64,000 nt of DNA. It comes from an uncultured Methylomirabilota bacterium (GTDB taxonomy: Bacteria > Methylomirabilota > Methylomirabilia > Methylomirabilales > 2-02-FULL-66-22). The position numbers were made by a program, and so were the translations under genes. Below, one piece after another: positions 1 to 12,243 of this stretch. Below the pieces are notes generated by a model that saw only the letters and a list, made by a program, of their open reading frames with translations, was not told the DNA's origin and searched no databases. The DNA lies in contig CAWJSJ010000002.1 of assembly GCA_963845565.1 (NCBI GenBank), positions 2,624,001-2,688,000 on the forward strand, in the 5' to 3' direction. Every line of letters starts with the position of its first letter. Within the stretch, counting starts at the first letter, position 1.

Positions 1-338
1 AGGTCGCGGTAGTCGGCCAGACCCGCCTCGACCCCGAAAGGCTCCGATGCCGCCTTGAGGGCGCGGTTCAGATCGAGCACGGCGCGGCGGTAGCGGTCAC
101 GGCTCGCGTAGGCGGCGGGATCGCGGAGGAGGGCGCGATTCCGGCTCCGGCGGCGCAGCGCGCCCCGCGTCCAGGTGTCCCGGGCATCGGGCTCGAGATC
201 CAGGAGGTAGTCGAGCCCCTCCCGGCACAAATCGAGGCACCGCGCCGGAATCCCGTTCCGGTTCAGGACGCCCGCCAGCCGGGCGATGCCGAGGGGCGGC
301 TCGGTAGTCCGCGCCGCGGGGGGGTAGATGAGCAGCAT
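1..338 (-). CDS. B12-binding-domain radical SAM protein, N-terminal part (runs off window start)
   Basis: Not in ORF track. Manual translation from ATG at 338 gives MLLIYPPAARTTEPPLGIARLAGVLNRNGIPARCLDLCREGLDYLL..., a typical N-terminus of cobalamin-binding radical SAM proteins; open to position 1. Confidence 0.7.
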   Translation of the reverse strand, partial: MLLIYPPAARTTEPPLGIARLAGVLNRNGIPARCLDLCREGLDYLLDLEPDARDTWTRGALRRRSRNRALLRDPAAYASRDRYRRAVLDLNRALKAASEPFGVEAGLADYRD

Positions 339-468
339 GGCGACGCGATACTACGGGCGCCGCCGGCAAAAGTCCACCGGTGGCTCTGGCGCGAGCAGCA
401 CGGGGTCCGGATCCCGGTCGCTGCGGTGTGCGGGGTGTCTTCGCGCGAAGTCCGTCCGTCGTTTGGGC

Positions 469-520
469 TTGACGCGGCGCTGACCGTAATATAAGTTATA
501 TAACATATATAACATATGTA
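469..520 (+). promoter_or_regulatory. sigma70-like promoter (TTGACG-17-TAAGTT) overlapped by an AT-rich operator-like repeat
   Basis: TTGACG 469-474, TAAGTT 492-497; palindrome GTTATATAAC 495-504 and tandem TATAACATA x2 in a GC-rich background. Confidence 0.55.
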
Positions 521-581
521 CTCATCGATTGGACCTGAGGTGTGGCGCGAAGGGGCGGCCGGCAGATACGGGGGTGGTGTG

Positions 582-908
582 ATGTTCGAGAATAAGTCCA
601 GAGTTCTGCTCATTCTCCCCCAGGACGTCCTCGACCGGGCGCGGGTGGTGGCTGGGAAGGCGACGACGACGCTCAAGCTCCCGGTGAGCCTGCAGATCGT
701 GCTCCGGGCCCTCATCGAGGAGGGACTCAAGCGGGATGGCGACCGGAGCGTTCTCGCAAACATCGCGGCCCAGTCCCAGGCGGTCCGCCGCATCCGGAGC
801 CTTGCCCGCAAAGGGGGCGCTGACGGGGAGCGCAGGACCCTCCGGCCGGGTACTCTTCGGGGCGCGACTGGAAGCCCACGGCAGCGGGGCGAGAAGGGTG
901 GCTTGTAG
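582..908 (+). CDS. small hypothetical protein, ribbon-helix-helix-like DNA-binding N-terminus
   Basis: MFENKSRVLLILPQDVLDRARVVAG...VSLQIVLRALIEEGLKR fits a beta-strand/helix/helix RHH pattern; GGGGTGG precedes ATG 582. Confidence 0.55.
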   Translation: MFENKSRVLLILPQDVLDRARVVAGKATTTLKLPVSLQIVLRALIEEGLKRDGDRSVLANIAAQSQAVRRIRSLARKGGADGERRTLRPGTLRGATGSPRQRGEKGGL

Positions 909-1079
909 TCCGTAGATTCTCAAGCACGACGCGCGAATCCGGCGGGAATGACCAATCCCGCGGGAGTGGGACCAATGACCAAGGCGGCTTGTTCCGCCTT
1001 CTTCATCGGGAGCACCGGGGTGGATGGTAGCACGAAACGTCGCGAGGTCCGGAGAGAGATCCGGAGAGGAGCAGAGACG

Positions 1080-1295
1080 ATGGCAACGGGCACGGTCAAG
1101 AAACTGGTTCGGGAGCGCGGTTTCGGGTTCATTCTGGGTTCAGATGGCGCAGAGCTCTTCTTTCACCGGTCGGCTCTCCAGGGAACGGGGTACGACAGCC
1201 TGACGGAAGGGCAAGCGGTCGAATTCGACGTTGAACGAGGCGACAAGGGACCGCGGGCTGCGAACATGAGAGTGCGTCCCGCAAGCGCTGAATGA
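1080..1295 (+). CDS. csp: cold-shock domain protein
   Basis: MATGTVKKLVRERGFGFI...LFFHRSAL...EGQAVEFDVERGDKGPRAANM with RNP1/RNP2 motifs; AGGAG RBS. Confidence 0.95.
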   Translation: MATGTVKKLVRERGFGFILGSDGAELFFHRSALQGTGYDSLTEGQAVEFDVERGDKGPRAANMRVRPASAE

Positions 1296-1659
1296 GCGGA
1301 TGTCGAGGCAGCCGTCACTGCGTCGAATGGCCGGGAGGCCGGGGGCCGAGCGGTGAACGTGCACGCAGCCCGGGAGTAGGCGTCACCCGGCAGCCGGTTC
1401 GGGGGGTCCCGGTGTGCGGTGCAACGGCTCAGCGGGTAGGCAAAGGTACGCAGACATCGACTATCTCCTCGGCTCCGCACCAATGTCCACTCTGTTCTTG
1501 CCGACACCCGTCCTCTCCTCTGCGGGGCACCAGAAAGGGTCACCGGGTCAAAGCCTTGCGGAGATCACTGTCCGGCGCTTCTCCAGCGCCCTGTACTGAT
1601 GACGTGCCGGCCTCCGTCGGTTGGCCCTCGTGCCGATCGGCCGAATGTGAAAGGACTCC

Positions 1660-2283
1660 GTGAACGTTCAGGAATGGCTCTCAAGACTTCTCTCGCGTTC
1701 AGCGGAGGACCCGCTCGACTGGGAGAGCTACCAGGTCACCATGGACGGCGCGACGTGGAAGCCCCTCTGGCGAGAGATCGATGCAACCGAAGCGTATGAC
1801 GACGGTCTCGAAGCGGGATTGCGGCTGCTCCGGGCCACACAGCAGCACCGCGGGCAGCTCGGCGAGCGGGAGTACCAGACCAACCAGATCCTGCTCTACC
1901 GTGGTATCCTTTCAATGCTCGACAAGGCTGATCGCTGGGATACCTACCTGGAGGCGTGGGAGAGCATCTGGGTGCACACCACTCAATGCCGTCTCCAGAA
2001 GGGGGACACCCTGCGGGACGACGGTCCCCGGCTGGCACCGTTCGTGCGGCGGGCCGACGGCGGGTTCGGCGTCCCACCGCTGGCCTATGGCATGCCCACG
2101 CCGGCGACGATCGCCGTGCATTTCCTCTATCCCCAGCTCCGGCGCAAGACGCTGATCGAACGAAAGCTGGCGCAGGCGCGGACAGGGACGCTGCTCTCGG
2201 AGCGTCGGCCCGTGGGGCGGGACGCTCTCACCACGGAAGACATCCAGGTGCGGCTCGCCCAGTTATGGGAATCCGGCGGATAA
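1660..2283 (+). CDS. hypothetical protein (207 aa, helical)
   Basis: AAAGGA RBS before GTG; protein-like composition; no recognised family. Confidence 0.7.
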   Translation: MNVQEWLSRLLSRSAEDPLDWESYQVTMDGATWKPLWREIDATEAYDDGLEAGLRLLRATQQHRGQLGEREYQTNQILLYRGILSMLDKADRWDTYLEAWESIWVHTTQCRLQKGDTLRDDGPRLAPFVRRADGGFGVPPLAYGMPTPATIAVHFLYPQLRRKTLIERKLAQARTGTLLSERRPVGRDALTTEDIQVRLAQLWESGG

Positions 2284-2407
2284 GGTCCGACACACTACGG
2301 CCCAGTCCACGCGTCTGTCCGTGGGTCCGCCGCTTCCCCCAGTTCCTGACCGCTCCTGACACGTGACGCGCCCGCCCGGTACCATGCCGTGAGAGGAGAC
2401 CTCACCG

Positions 2408-5400
2408 GTGAAGGTGACCAGCCAGACCATTCGCAGGACCGTCCTCCAGGCGTGGGCACGCCTCCGCGGATACGGTGCGCCACAACGATACGCCGGCGAC
2501 GAGCCGCCGTTGCGAGCGGAACTGTTCAGCAGCGACCAGATGGAGCACCATGGAAAGGCGCTCGCTGGGGCACACCGGGTGGGAGTGCGCGGCGGCCCGG
2601 ACAAACTGCTGAGCCGGCTCGGCGAGAATGAGGGTGTCTTGCGAGGTGCCTGCCAACTCCTCTCGGAGGCGGTGACGGCGAACCGCCGCATCGCGCCCGC
2701 CGGGGAATGGCTGCTCGACAACTTCTATCTGATCGAAGAACAGATTCGCACGGCCAGACGACACTTGCCCAAGGGCTACAGCCGGGCGCTCCCGCGGTTG
2801 CTCGGCGGCCCATCGTCCGGACTACCGCGCGTGTATGATATTGCGCTGGAGACGATCACGCACGGCGATGGACGGGTGGATCCGGAAAGTCTCAGCAGTT
2901 TCGTCGCGGCCTATCAGACGGTGACCGTCCTGACGCTGGGCGAACTGTGGGCTATCCCGATCATGCTGCGTCTGGCGTTGATCGAGAACCTCCGACGCAT
3001 CGGCGCTCGCATCGCCGTCGACCGTGCGGATCGAAACCGCGCCGACTATTGGGCGGATCGGATGACGGAGATTGCCGAGACGGACCCGAAAAGCCTGATC
3101 CTGGTGATCGCGGATATGGCGCGGTCTGATCCGCCGATGGTGAGCGCGTTTGTCGCCGAATTAGCGCGCAGATTGCAGGGACAGGGGCCCGCCCTGGCCT
3201 TGCCCCTGACCTGGATCGAGCAGCGACTCTCCGAGTCGGGCCTGACGATCGAACAGTTGGTGCAGTCGGAGAACCAACAACAGGCCGCCAATCAGGTCTC
3301 CATCAGCAACAGCATCGGTAGCCTGCGCTTTCTGGGGGCGATGGACTGGCGCGAGTTCGTGGAGACGATGAGCGTCGTCGAGCGGATCCTGCAGGAGGAC
3401 CCCGGCCGTGTCTACCACAAGATGGATTTTGCTACTCGCGATCGGTACCGCCACGTGGTGGAGAAGATTGCGAAGCGCAGTCGACTCTCCGAAAGTGAGG
3501 TGGCGCGCGGCGCCATCGCACTGACCCACGCGGGGGCGGCACAGCATGGTGGCGATGATCGAGCAGCGCATGTCGGGTTCTACCTGATCGACAGGGGGCT
3601 GCCGCAGCTCGAGCGACGGGCGGCGGTCCGTCGCTCCCCCGCGGTGGTTCTCCAGCGGCTGAGCCGCCGGTGCCCCGTGTGTGCCTATCTCGGCACGATC
3701 CTGCTGCTGACGGCGATCCTTGCCGACACCGTTCTGGTGCAGGCGCAAGCGAGCGGGGTGCGCGGGTGGATCCTCGCCTTGGTCGGGCTCCTCTCGCTCG
3801 TGTGCGCGAGCCAGGTGGCGGTTGCGCTGGTCAACTGGCTGGCGACATTGCTGGCAACGCCGCAGGTGTTGCCGCGATTGGACTTCTCCGGAGGCATTCC
3901 ACCGGACGCGCGGGCCCTGGTTGTGATCCCGACGATGCTCACGAGCACTCACAACATCGAGGATCTGCTTGAGGCGCTGGAAGTTCGATTCTTGGCCAAT
4001 CGGGACGAGAACCTGCACTTCGGCCTGCTCACGGATTTCCTGGACGCCCACGCGGAAACGATGCCGGAGGACGCACTGCTGCTGGAGCTGGCCCAGAAGC
4101 GGGTCGAAGAGTTAAACGAGAAGTACCGGCGCGCATGGGGCGACACCTTCTTCCTCTTGCATCGTCCGCGCCGATGGAATCCGCGGGAGCGGATCTGGAT
4201 GGGCTACGAGCGGAAACGAGGGAAACTTGCGGACTTGAATGCGCTGCTGCGTGGGGGGGGCCAGGATCGCTTCTCCCTTGTCGTGGGGGAGACGGCAGTC
4301 CTATCGAACGTGAAGTACGTGATCACTCTTGATACGGATACGCAACTGCCCCGCGATTCGGCGTGGCAGTTTGTCGGGACTCTGGCGCACCCGCTGAATC
4401 GCGCGCGCTACGACGACGACCAGCAGCGCGTTACCGAGGGGTATGGCATCCTTCAGCCACGCGTTGCCGTGAGCCTCCCGGGCACGAATCGGTCGCGGTA
4501 CGCGCGCCTCTTCGGGAGCGAGCCAGGCATCGACCCGTATACGCGTGCCGTCTCCGACGTGTACCAGGACCTCTTTCACGAAGGCTCGTTCATTGGCAAG
4601 GGGATTTATGATGTCGACGCGTTCGAGCGGGCACTCCGCGGGCGCTTTCCAGAGAACCGGATCCTCAGCCACGATCTCCTGGAGGGTTGCTACGCGCGGG
4701 CAGGATTGCTGAGCGATGTGCAGTTGTACGAGGAATTTCCGTCCGGCTACAGCGCGGACGTGAGTCGGCGGCATCGCTGGATTCGCGGGGACTGGCAGAT
4801 TGCGCGCTGGCTGCTGCCCGGCGTTCCAGGGCTCGGCGGGCGCCGCCGGAGCAATCCGCTATCCGGACTGTCTCGATGGAAGATCTTCGATAATCTGCGC
4901 CGTAGTCTGGTGCCTTCGGCGTTGACGCTTCTCTTGCTACTCGGCTGGACGGTGGTTTCGCCGTTCGGGTTCTGGACCGTCACGGTCATCGGCACCATCC
5001 TGATTCCCCCTTGGATGGCCTCGCTTCTGGAGCTGGTACGGAAACCGGGCGATGTGCTGCTGCGGCAACATCTCGTCACCGCGGTGCGCTCGGCCGGCCG
5101 CCACTCCGCTCAGGCGGTATTTACACTCGCATGTCTCCCCTACGAGGCCTTCTTCACTGTGGATGCGATCTTGCGCACGGTCGGGCGGCTGGTCATGCGC
5201 AGACGACTCCTGGAGTGGAATCCTTCGAGCTACGCCGATCGCACGAGCCCCGCGAACGTCATTGCCTCCTACCAGAGAATGTGGATCGCCCCCATCACTG
5301 CCCTGGCTGTGCTTGTCTATTTGGTGCTCTTCAGGCCGGCCACACTGGCAGTCGCTGGGCCCATACTGGCCGCCTGGTTTTCCTCTCCCGCCATCGCCTG

Positions 5401-8400
5401 GTGGATCGGCCGACCGCTCGTCCGCCGCGAGGCGAGGTTGACGGCTGATCAGACCATCTTTCTTCGGATGCTGTCTCGAAAGACGTGGTCGTTCTTCGAG
5501 ACGTTCGTGGGCCCAGAAGACCATTGGCTGCCGCCGGATAACTATCAGGAGCATTCCGTGGGTGTGGTGGCGCATCGCACGTCGCCGACCAACATGGGGC
5601 TTGCGCTCCTCGCCAATCTGTCCGCCTACGACTTCGGTTACCTTCCGGCCGGACGACTGATCGAGCGTACGGCGAATGCATTCGGCACCATGGAAACCCT
5701 GGAGCGGCACCGCGGCCACTTCTACAACTGGTACGACACGCTCTCTCTGAAACCACTGCCGCCCACATACGTCTCGACCGTGGACAGCGGGAACCTCGCG
5801 GCCGATCTGATGACTTTGCGGCCGGGTTTGCTCGCACTCCGCGATCACACGATCGTGGGCGCGCGGTTGTTTGAGGGGCTTCGCGATACGGCAGCGATTC
5901 TCGCGGACGCCGCAGGGGGAGCCGCTTCCGCCCGGCTCGCGCAACTTCGGAAGGATCTGGCGACGACCTGCGGTTCGCGGCCAACCACGCTCACGGCCAC
6001 GCGACGCTGCCTCGACCGGCTGGTGACATCGGCAGAGGAGGTGGTAGCGAGCCTCGATGGTGACCCCGAAAGCCCGGCACCGCGTTGGGCACGGACCTTC
6101 GCCCGGCAATGCCAGGACGCGCTCGATGAGTTGGCGTTTCTCGCTCCCTGGATTCTGCTGCCAACCGCTCAGGATAGGCGCGGCGACCTTGGCATCCTGG
6201 ATGAGATTCCAACGCTGCGCGAACTGGCACAGGGTGACGCGGACTCGCCGCCGGCAACCGCGGATCGGCTCGGATTGGGCGCGACCCCCGAGGAGCGCGA
6301 GCGGTGTGGTGAGTTCGGGCGACTCGTGGCGGTCGCGCGCGGTCGCGCCAGAGCCCGGATCGCGGCGATCGACCTCCTGGCGCTGCAATCCGGCGAATTC
6401 GCCCGTATGGAGTATGACTTCCTGTTTGACGAGGCGCGTCATTTACTGGCTATCGGGTATAACGTGGGTGAGCGGCGGCGGGACGCGAGTTTCTATGACC
6501 TGCTGGCTTCGGAAGCACGATTGTGCAATTTCGTCGCGATCGCACAGGGACAACTGCCGCAGGAAAGCTGGTTTGCGCTCGGGCGCCTGCTGACGACCGC
6601 TGGTGGAGGGCCCATTCTCCTTTCGTGGAGCGGTTCCATGTTCGAGTATCTCATGCCGCTCCTGGTGATGCCGTCCTACGAAAACACCCTGCTCGACCAG
6701 ACCTGCAAGGCGGCGGTGAAGAGGCAGATCGAGTACGGGAGGCAGCGCGGCGTGCCGTGGGGCATGTCGGAATCGGGCTACAACATGGTCGACGTGCGTC
6801 TCACCTACCAGTACCGCGCATTTGGCGTGCCCGGCCTGGGGCTCAAGCGCGGACTCGCCGAGGATCTGGTTATTGCGCCGTACGCTTCGGCTTTGGCGTT
6901 GATGGTGGCGCCCGAGGAGGCGTGTCTGAATCTGCAGCGCCTCGCCACGGAAGGGCTGGAAGGCAAATACGGCTTCTATGAAGCGATCGACTACACTCCG
7001 TCGCGTCTGCCACGCGGAAAATCGAGCGCCGTGGTCCGCTCCTTCATGGCTCACCACCAGGGCATGAGCTTTCTCGCGCTGGCCTCTCTGCTCCTGGATC
7101 GTCCCATGCAGCAACGATTCGAGTCCGATCCGCAGTTCCAGGCGACCACTCTGTTGCTCCAGGAGCGAGTGCCAAGGGCCGCGGCGTTCTATTCGCCCGC
7201 CGCCGAACTCTCCGACCTCCGGACGACTCCCGGTGGTGCGGAGACACGGGTGCGCGTTTTCAGCAGCCCGGACACGCCGATCCCTGAAGTACAGTTATTG
7301 TCGAACGGCAGATACCACGTGATGGTCACGAACGCGGGGGGCGGATACAGCCGCTGGAAGGATCTCGCAGTCACGCGCTGGCGCGAAGACACTACCTGTG
7401 ACAACTGGGGCACGTTTTGTTACCTCCGCGACGTGACGAGTGGGGCGTTCTGGTCGACCGCATATCAGCCGACCCGCAAGCAATCGGACAACTCCGAAGC
7501 GATCTTCTCCCATGCGCGGGCGGAGTTCCGCCGCCGCGACTACGACTTCGACACGCATACGGAAATTGCCGTCTCGCCCGAGGATGATATCGAACTCCGC
7601 CGAATCACCATCACCAACCGCTCCCGGAGGAGCAGGGCGATCGAGGTCACGAGTTACGCCGAAGTCGTTCTGGCATCGCCTGCCGCGGACGCACTGCATC
7701 CGGCGTTCAGCAACCTGTTTGTTCAGACGGAGTTACTCCCCCAACCCAACGCCATCCTCTGCACCCGCCGGCCCCGGTCCCCCGGCGAACCCGTGCCCTG
7801 GATGTTTCACCTGATGGCCGTGCACGGGGCAGACCTCGGAGAGGTGTCCTATGAGACCGACCGCTTGCGGTTCATCGGCCGCGGGCACACGGTCGCCGAT
7901 CCGGACGCCATGAGAGGATCCGAAGCGCTCTCGAACAGCCAGGGCTCCGTGCTCGACCCGATTGTCGCGATCCGTCGTCGCATCACGCTCGATCCTGAAA
8001 AAACGGCAACGATCAACGTCGTCACAGGCATCGGGGAGACCCGCGACGCCGCCGTGAGTCTTGTCGAGAAATACCGGGATCGGCGCCTCGCGGATCGCGT
8101 CTTCGACCTGGCGTGGACCCATAGCCAGGTGGTCCTGCGTCAACTCAACGCCACGGAGGCCGACGCGCAACTCTACGAACACCTTGCCGGCGCGGTCATC
8201 TATGCCAATGCCTCACTGCGAGCCGACGCGAGCGTTCTCGGCAGGAACCGCCGCGGGCAATCCGGCCTGTGGGGCTATTCCATTTCGGGCGATTTGCCGA
8301 TCGTGCTGCTGCAGATCGGAGACCCGGCCAATATCGATCTGGTACGCGAACTTGTCCAGGCCCACGCATACTGGCGGTTGAAAGGACTGGCGGTGGACCT

Positions 8401-11128
8401 GGTGATCTGGAACGAGGATCACGCCGGTTACCGGCAACTGCTCCACGAACAAATCATGGGGCTGATTGCCGCAGGGCTCGAAGCGAACGTGACCGATCGA
8501 CCGGGCGGCATCTTTGTGCGCGCCGCGGACCAGATTCCGAACGAGGACCGCATTCTCCTCCAGGCGGTCGCTCGCGCCATCCTGACCGACAGCCAGGGGA
8601 CGCTGTGGGACCAGATCCACCGTCGCCGCCTGCCGGAGGTGCGCGTTCCGCGGTTCACGCCGACCAGCACGCACCGCCTTGAGCCGGTAGCGACCCCAGG
8701 TCAGCCTCGGCATGATCTGATCTTCTTCAACGGCCTGGGGGGGTTCACCCCGGATGGGCGCGAGTACGTGGTCACGACGGCGCACGGACAGGCAACGCCG
8801 GCTCCGTGGGTGAATGTGCTCGCCAACCCACAGTTCGGTACCGTCATCTCGGAGAGCGGCGCCGCCTGCACCTGGAGCGAGAACGCCCACGAGTTCCGGC
8901 TCACCCCCTGGTCCAATGACCCGGTGAGCGACCCTGGTGGCGAGGCGTTCTACCTCCGGGATGAAGAGAGCGGTCACGTCTGGTCCCCCACGCCACTGCC
9001 TAGCCGCAGCCCGAATCCGTTCGTCAGCCGGCACGGATTCGGCTACAGCGTCTTCGAGCACACCGAGGGCGGTATCCATTCGGAGTTGTGGGTGTACGTG
9101 GCCGTGGATGCGCCGATTAAGTTCGGGGTGTTGAAAGTGCGGAACGAGTCCGGCCGATTCCGCCGGCTCTCTGCCGCGGGGTACGCCGAATGGGTGTTGG
9201 GAGATCTGCGGCCGAAAACGACCATGCATGTGGTCACCGAGATTGATCCCAACGGCGGCGCGCTCTTCGCGCGGAACCCTTACAACACGGAATTCGCCGA
9301 CCGGGTCGCCTTCTTCGACACGGACGATGCGGCTCGGACCGTCAGCGGCGACCGGACGGAGTTCCTGGGGCGCAACGGCACGCCGGGGAGTCCGGCGGCC
9401 CTGACCCGCTTGCGCCTGTCCGGCAAGGTGGGGGCCGCGTTGGATCCCTGCGCCGCGATCCAGGTGCCGTTCGACCTCGCCGACCGGGAGGAGCGCGAGA
9501 TCATCTTCCGGCTCGGCGTGGGACGGGACCTTCACGACGCCAGCGGCCTCGTGCAGCGCTTTCGGGGGTCGGCGGCCGCGCGCGGCGCGCTCGAAGCGGT
9601 GTGGCGGTACTGGACGCACACGCTGGGCGCGGTGCACGTGGACACGCCGGACCCGTCCCTCAACGTGCTGGCCAACGGCTGGCTCGTCTATCAAACACTG
9701 GCGTGCCGTCTGTGGGCGCGCAGCGGATACTACCAGCCGGGGGGCGCCTTCGGCTTCCGCGACCAGCTGCAGGACGTGATGGCGCTCATCCACGCGGAGC
9801 CGCGCCTCGTCCGCGAGCACTTGCTCCTCGCGGCAGCGCATCAGTTCCGGGAAGGCGATGTGCAGCATTGGTGGCACCCTCCCTCGGGCCGAGGGGTGCG
9901 GACCCACTGTTCGGATGATTACTTGTGGTTGCCGCTGGCCGCGAGCCGCTACGTGCTGGCCACCGGGGACACCGGGGTGTTGGATGAGCCCATTTCCTTC
10001 GTCGAGGGCCGACCGGTCAACGCGGAAGAGGATTCGTATTACGATCTGCCGAGCCGGACGGAGGACACCGCCAGCCTGTACGAGCATTGCCGGCGTGCCG
10101 TCTTGCGGGGTCTCCGATACGGTGCGCACGGCCTGCCGCTGATGGGCTCGGGCGACTGGAACGACGGCATGAACGCCGTGGGCGAACGCGGCACAGGGGA
10201 AAGTGTCTGGCTGGGCTTCTTCCTCTGCGACGTGCTCAGGCGGTTCGCCGAGGTTGCCCGCAGACACGGCGACGCATCCTTCGCCGCGCGGTGCCAGGGA
10301 GAGGCGGCTCGGGTGCGCCGGAACATCGAAGAGCACGGCTGGGATGGCGCGTGGTATCTCCGGGCCTACTTCGATGACGGGTCGCCGCTGGGCTCGGCCC
10401 GCAACCCCGAGTGCCAGATTGATTCGATTCCGCAGAGCTGGTCTGTGCTCTCCGGGGCAGGGGATGGCGAGCGTTCGCGCACCGCCATGGAGGCGGTGGA
10501 TCAGCGCCTCGTTCGCCGCGGCGATGCGCTGGTTCAACTCCTGGACCCGCCGTTCGACACGTCGGACCTGAACCCTGGCTATATCAAAGGGTACCTCCCG
10601 GGTGTCAGAGAGAACGGCGGACAGTACACGCATGCGGCGATCTGGGCGGCGATGGGGTTCGCCGCACTGGGCGACAGCCGGCGGGCGTGGGAATTGATGG
10701 CGCTGCTCAATCCGGTGAACCATGCCACGTCGCCGGAGGCGGTGGCGACCTACAAAGTCGAGCCGTACGTCGTCGCGGCGGACGTCTATGCCCTCTCGCC
10801 GCACATTGGCCGCGGGGGATGGACCTGGTATACGGGCTCGGCCGGCTGGATGTACCGGTTGATCGTGGAATCGCTCCTGGGGCTGAGGCTGGAGGTAGAC
10901 AGACTGCGAGTTGAGCCGTGTCTCCCGGCAGATTGGGTCGGATTCACGGTGCACTACCGGTATCGGGACACCGTGTACCACGTCGCCGTCCTGCACACGA
11001 GCGCCGGGAACGGCGAGAAGAGTGTGACGGTCGATGGGGTTCCGCAGGACGACCAAACGATTCCCCTGGTGGACGACCGTCAGGAGCACGCGGTCGAGGT
11101 GAGGATCCCGGGCCCAGCGGGCTGCTGA
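2408..11128 (+). CDS. ndvB: cyclic beta-1,2-glucan synthase (GT84 + cyclising glucoamylase-like domain + C-terminal GH94 phosphorylase)
   Basis: 2906 aa; [80 protein letters not shown] motifs; AGGAG RBS. Confidence 0.95.
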   Translation: MKVTSQTIRRTVLQAWARLRGYGAPQRYAGDEPPLRAELFSSDQMEHHGKALAGAHRVGVRGGPDKLLSRLGENEGVLRGACQLLSEAVTANRRIAPAGEWLLDNFYLIEEQIRTARRHLPKGYSRALPRLLGGPSSGLPRVYDIALETITHGDGRVDPESLSSFVAAYQTVTVLTLGELWAIPIMLRLALIENLRRIGARIAVDRADRNRADYWADRMTEIAETDPKSLILVIADMARSDPPMVSAFVAELARRLQGQGPALALPLTWIEQRLSESGLTIEQLVQSENQQQAANQVSISNSIGSLRFLGAMDWREFVETMSVVERILQEDPGRVYHKMDFATRDRYRHVVEKIAKRSRLSESEVARGAIALTHAGAAQHGGDDRAAHVGFYLIDRGLPQLERRAAVRRSPAVVLQRLSRRCPVCAYLGTILLLTAILADTVLVQAQASGVRGWILALVGLLSLVCASQVAVALVNWLATLLATPQVLPRLDFSGGIPPDARALVVIPTMLTSTHNIEDLLEALEVRFLANRDENLHFGLLTDFLDAHAETMPEDALLLELAQKRVEELNEKYRRAWGDTFFLLHRPRRWNPRERIWMGYERKRGKLADLNALLRGGGQDRFSLVVGETAVLSNVKYVITLDTDTQLPRDSAWQFVGTLAHPLNRARYDDDQQRVTEGYGILQPRVAVSLPGTNRSRYARLFGSEPGIDPYTRAVSDVYQDLFHEGSFIGKGIYDVDAFERALRGRFPENRILSHDLLEGCYARAGLLSDVQLYEEFPSGYSADVSRRHRWIRGDWQIARWLLPGVPGLGGRRRSNPLSGLSRWKIFDNLRRSLVPSALTLLLLLGWTVVSPFGFWTVTVIGTILIPPWMASLLELVRKPGDVLLRQHLVTAVRSAGRHSAQAVFTLACLPYEAFFTVDAILRTVGRLVMRRRLLEWNPSSYADRTSPANVIASYQRMWIAPITALAVLVYLVLFRPATLAVAGPILAAWFSSPAIAWWIGRPLVRREARLTADQTIFLRMLSRKTWSFFETFVGPEDHWLPPDNYQEHSVGVVAHRTSPTNMGLALLANLSAYDFGYLPAGRLIERTANAFGTMETLERHRGHFYNWYDTLSLKPLPPTYVSTVDSGNLAADLMTLRPGLLALRDHTIVGARLFEGLRDTAAILADAAGGAASARLAQLRKDLATTCGSRPTTLTATRRCLDRLVTSAEEVVASLDGDPESPAPRWARTFARQCQDALDELAFLAPWILLPTAQDRRGDLGILDEIPTLRELAQGDADSPPATADRLGLGATPEERERCGEFGRLVAVARGRARARIAAIDLLALQSGEFARMEYDFLFDEARHLLAIGYNVGERRRDASFYDLLASEARLCNFVAIAQGQLPQESWFALGRLLTTAGGGPILLSWSGSMFEYLMPLLVMPSYENTLLDQTCKAAVKRQIEYGRQRGVPWGMSESGYNMVDVRLTYQYRAFGVPGLGLKRGLAEDLVIAPYASALALMVAPEEACLNLQRLATEGLEGKYGFYEAIDYTPSRLPRGKSSAVVRSFMAHHQGMSFLALASLLLDRPMQQRFESDPQFQATTLLLQERVPRAAAFYSPAAELSDLRTTPGGAETRVRVFSSPDTPIPEVQLLSNGRYHVMVTNAGGGYSRWKDLAVTRWREDTTCDNWGTFCYLRDVTSGAFWSTAYQPTRKQSDNSEAIFSHARAEFRRRDYDFDTHTEIAVSPEDDIELRRITITNRSRRSRAIEVTSYAEVVLASPAADALHPAFSNLFVQTELLPQPNAILCTRRPRSPGEPVPWMFHLMAVHGADLGEVSYETDRLRFIGRGHTVADPDAMRGSEALSNSQGSVLDPIVAIRRRITLDPEKTATINVVTGIGETRDAAVSLVEKYRDRRLADRVFDLAWTHSQVVLRQLNATEADAQLYEHLAGAVIYANASLRADASVLGRNRRGQSGLWGYSISGDLPIVLLQIGDPANIDLVRELVQAHAYWRLKGLAVDLVIWNEDHAGYRQLLHEQIMGLIAAGLEANVTDRPGGIFVRAADQIPNEDRILLQAVARAILTDSQGTLWDQIHRRRLPEVRVPRFTPTSTHRLEPVATPGQPRHDLIFFNGLGGFTPDGREYVVTTAHGQATPAPWVNVLANPQFGTVISESGAACTWSENAHEFRLTPWSNDPVSDPGGEAFYLRDEESGHVWSPTPLPSRSPNPFVSRHGFGYSVFEHTEGGIHSELWVYVAVDAPIKFGVLKVRNESGRFRRLSAAGYAEWVLGDLRPKTTMHVVTEIDPNGGALFARNPYNTEFADRVAFFDTDDAARTVSGDRTEFLGRNGTPGSPAALTRLRLSGKVGAALDPCAAIQVPFDLADREEREIIFRLGVGRDLHDASGLVQRFRGSAAARGALEAVWRYWTHTLGAVHVDTPDPSLNVLANGWLVYQTLACRLWARSGYYQPGGAFGFRDQLQDVMALIHAEPRLVREHLLLAAAHQFREGDVQHWWHPPSGRGVRTHCSDDYLWLPLAASRYVLATGDTGVLDEPISFVEGRPVNAEEDSYYDLPSRTEDTASLYEHCRRAVLRGLRYGAHGLPLMGSGDWNDGMNAVGERGTGESVWLGFFLCDVLRRFAEVARRHGDASFAARCQGEAARVRRNIEEHGWDGAWYLRAYFDDGSPLGSARNPECQIDSIPQSWSVLSGAGDGERSRTAMEAVDQRLVRRGDALVQLLDPPFDTSDLNPGYIKGYLPGVRENGGQYTHAAIWAAMGFAALGDSRRAWELMALLNPVNHATSPEAVATYKVEPYVVAADVYALSPHIGRGGWTWYTGSAGWMYRLIVESLLGLRLEVDRLRVEPCLPADWVGFTVHYRYRDTVYHVAVLHTSAGNGEKSVTVDGVPQDDQTIPLVDDRQEHAVEVRIPGPAGC

Positions 11129-11133
11129 AAACG
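11120..11133. repeat. GGCTGCTGAAAACG REP/MITE-like end
   Basis: Overlaps ndvB stop; 11121-11132 is the exact reverse complement of 15199-15210 and resembles 15145-15159. Confidence 0.5.
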
Positions 11134-11322
11134 ACCCATCTGCCAAGACCCATCCTTCGCTCCCCAGTTGCCGCGTCGCCGAGGTGCCCAAGTGCCGCCG
11201 TGCGTACGCGCATGGTTGCGCAACCGGTCACGTCGTCCGCTGGAGCGCACAGGACCACACTGTTCGCTTGACAGGCGGGGGTACTTCCGGCACAAAAGAG
11301 ACCTACAGAAAGGGGGGGAGTC

Positions 11323-12243
11323 ATGACCGATTCGACTGGGATCACCAGGCGCGATCTCATCTATGGAGCCGCCGCTGGGCTGGCCGTGAGCCTGCCCGGC
11401 CTGCCGCGCCCGGCCGGGGCGGCGGAGCCGGACCTCGTCGCGATCACCGGCGAGCCGGGGGCGGCCGCCCGCAAGGCCGTCGAGGCGCTCGGCGGGATGT
11501 CGCGTTTTGTTCGCAAGGGCAATCGCGTCGTTCTCAAACCCAACATGTCCTTCGCCAGCGGGCCCGACCGCGCCTCGAACACGCACCCCGCCGTGGTGTT
11601 TACCGTTGCCCAGATGTGCCTGGAGGCCGGCGCGGAGCAGGTGATGGTCGTGGACAACCCGCTCCAGTCCCCCGAGCTGTGTCTGCGGCGCGCCGGGGTG
11701 GCGGACGCGTGCAAGGGCCTGAAGAACGTCTACGTCCAGATGTTCACCGACCGCAAGTTTTACCGCGAGGTGAAGGTCCCGCAGGGCAAAGTCCTCGACC
11801 GCGTGGAGGTCCTCAAGGAGGTGCTCGACAGCGACGTGCTGATCTGCCTTCCCCAGGCCAAGTCCCATTCCAATACGGGCGTGAGCATGGGGATCAAGGG
11901 GTTGATGGGCGTGATCTGGGACCGCTGGAGCTTCCACACCAAGTACAACATCAACCAGGCCCTGGCCGACCTGGCCACGGTGCTGCGCCCCAAGCTCACG
12001 GTCCTGGACGCCACGCGCGCCCTGACCACCGGCGGCCCGGGCGGGCCCGGCGAGGTCGTGAAGCCGAATCTCGTCATCGCCGGCAGTGACCCGGTCGCGG
12101 TGGACTCCTTCGGCGTGTCCGTGGCCCCCTGGTACGGCCAGCAGTTCAAGGGCCGCCAGGTGGAGCACCTGCTCGCCGCCAGCCAGCGGGGCCTGGGAAA
12201 GATCGACGTCGAGCAGCTCACCATCCTGCGGGCCACCGCATGA
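11323..12243 (+). CDS. DUF362 family protein with twin-arginine signal
   Basis: TRRDLI + hydrophobic stretch + AGA; VVLKPN, NTHPAVV, KSH..GVSMGIKGLMG, DPVAVDS motifs. Confidence 0.85.
   Translation: MTDSTGITRRDLIYGAAAGLAVSLPGLPRPAGAAEPDLVAITGEPGAAARKAVEALGGMSRFVRKGNRVVLKPNMSFASGPDRASNTHPAVVFTVAQMCLEAGAEQVMVVDNPLQSPELCLRRAGVADACKGLKNVYVQMFTDRKFYREVKVPQGKVLDRVEVLKEVLDSDVLICLPQAKSHSNTGVSMGIKGLMGVIWDRWSFHTKYNINQALADLATVLRPKLTVLDATRALTTGGPGGPGEVVKPNLVIAGSDPVAVDSFGVSVAPWYGQQFKGRQVEHLLAASQRGLGKIDVEQLTILRATA

Noticed and set aside
1296..1659. Possible c-di-GMP riboswitch (GGCAAA...ACGCA) upstream of the 1660 ORF and ndvB
   Set aside because: The paired P2/P3 stems and GNRA receptor could not be built.
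8213..11191. 992-aa minus-strand ORF
   Set aside because: Antisense shadow of ndvB caused by high GC3; no motifs.
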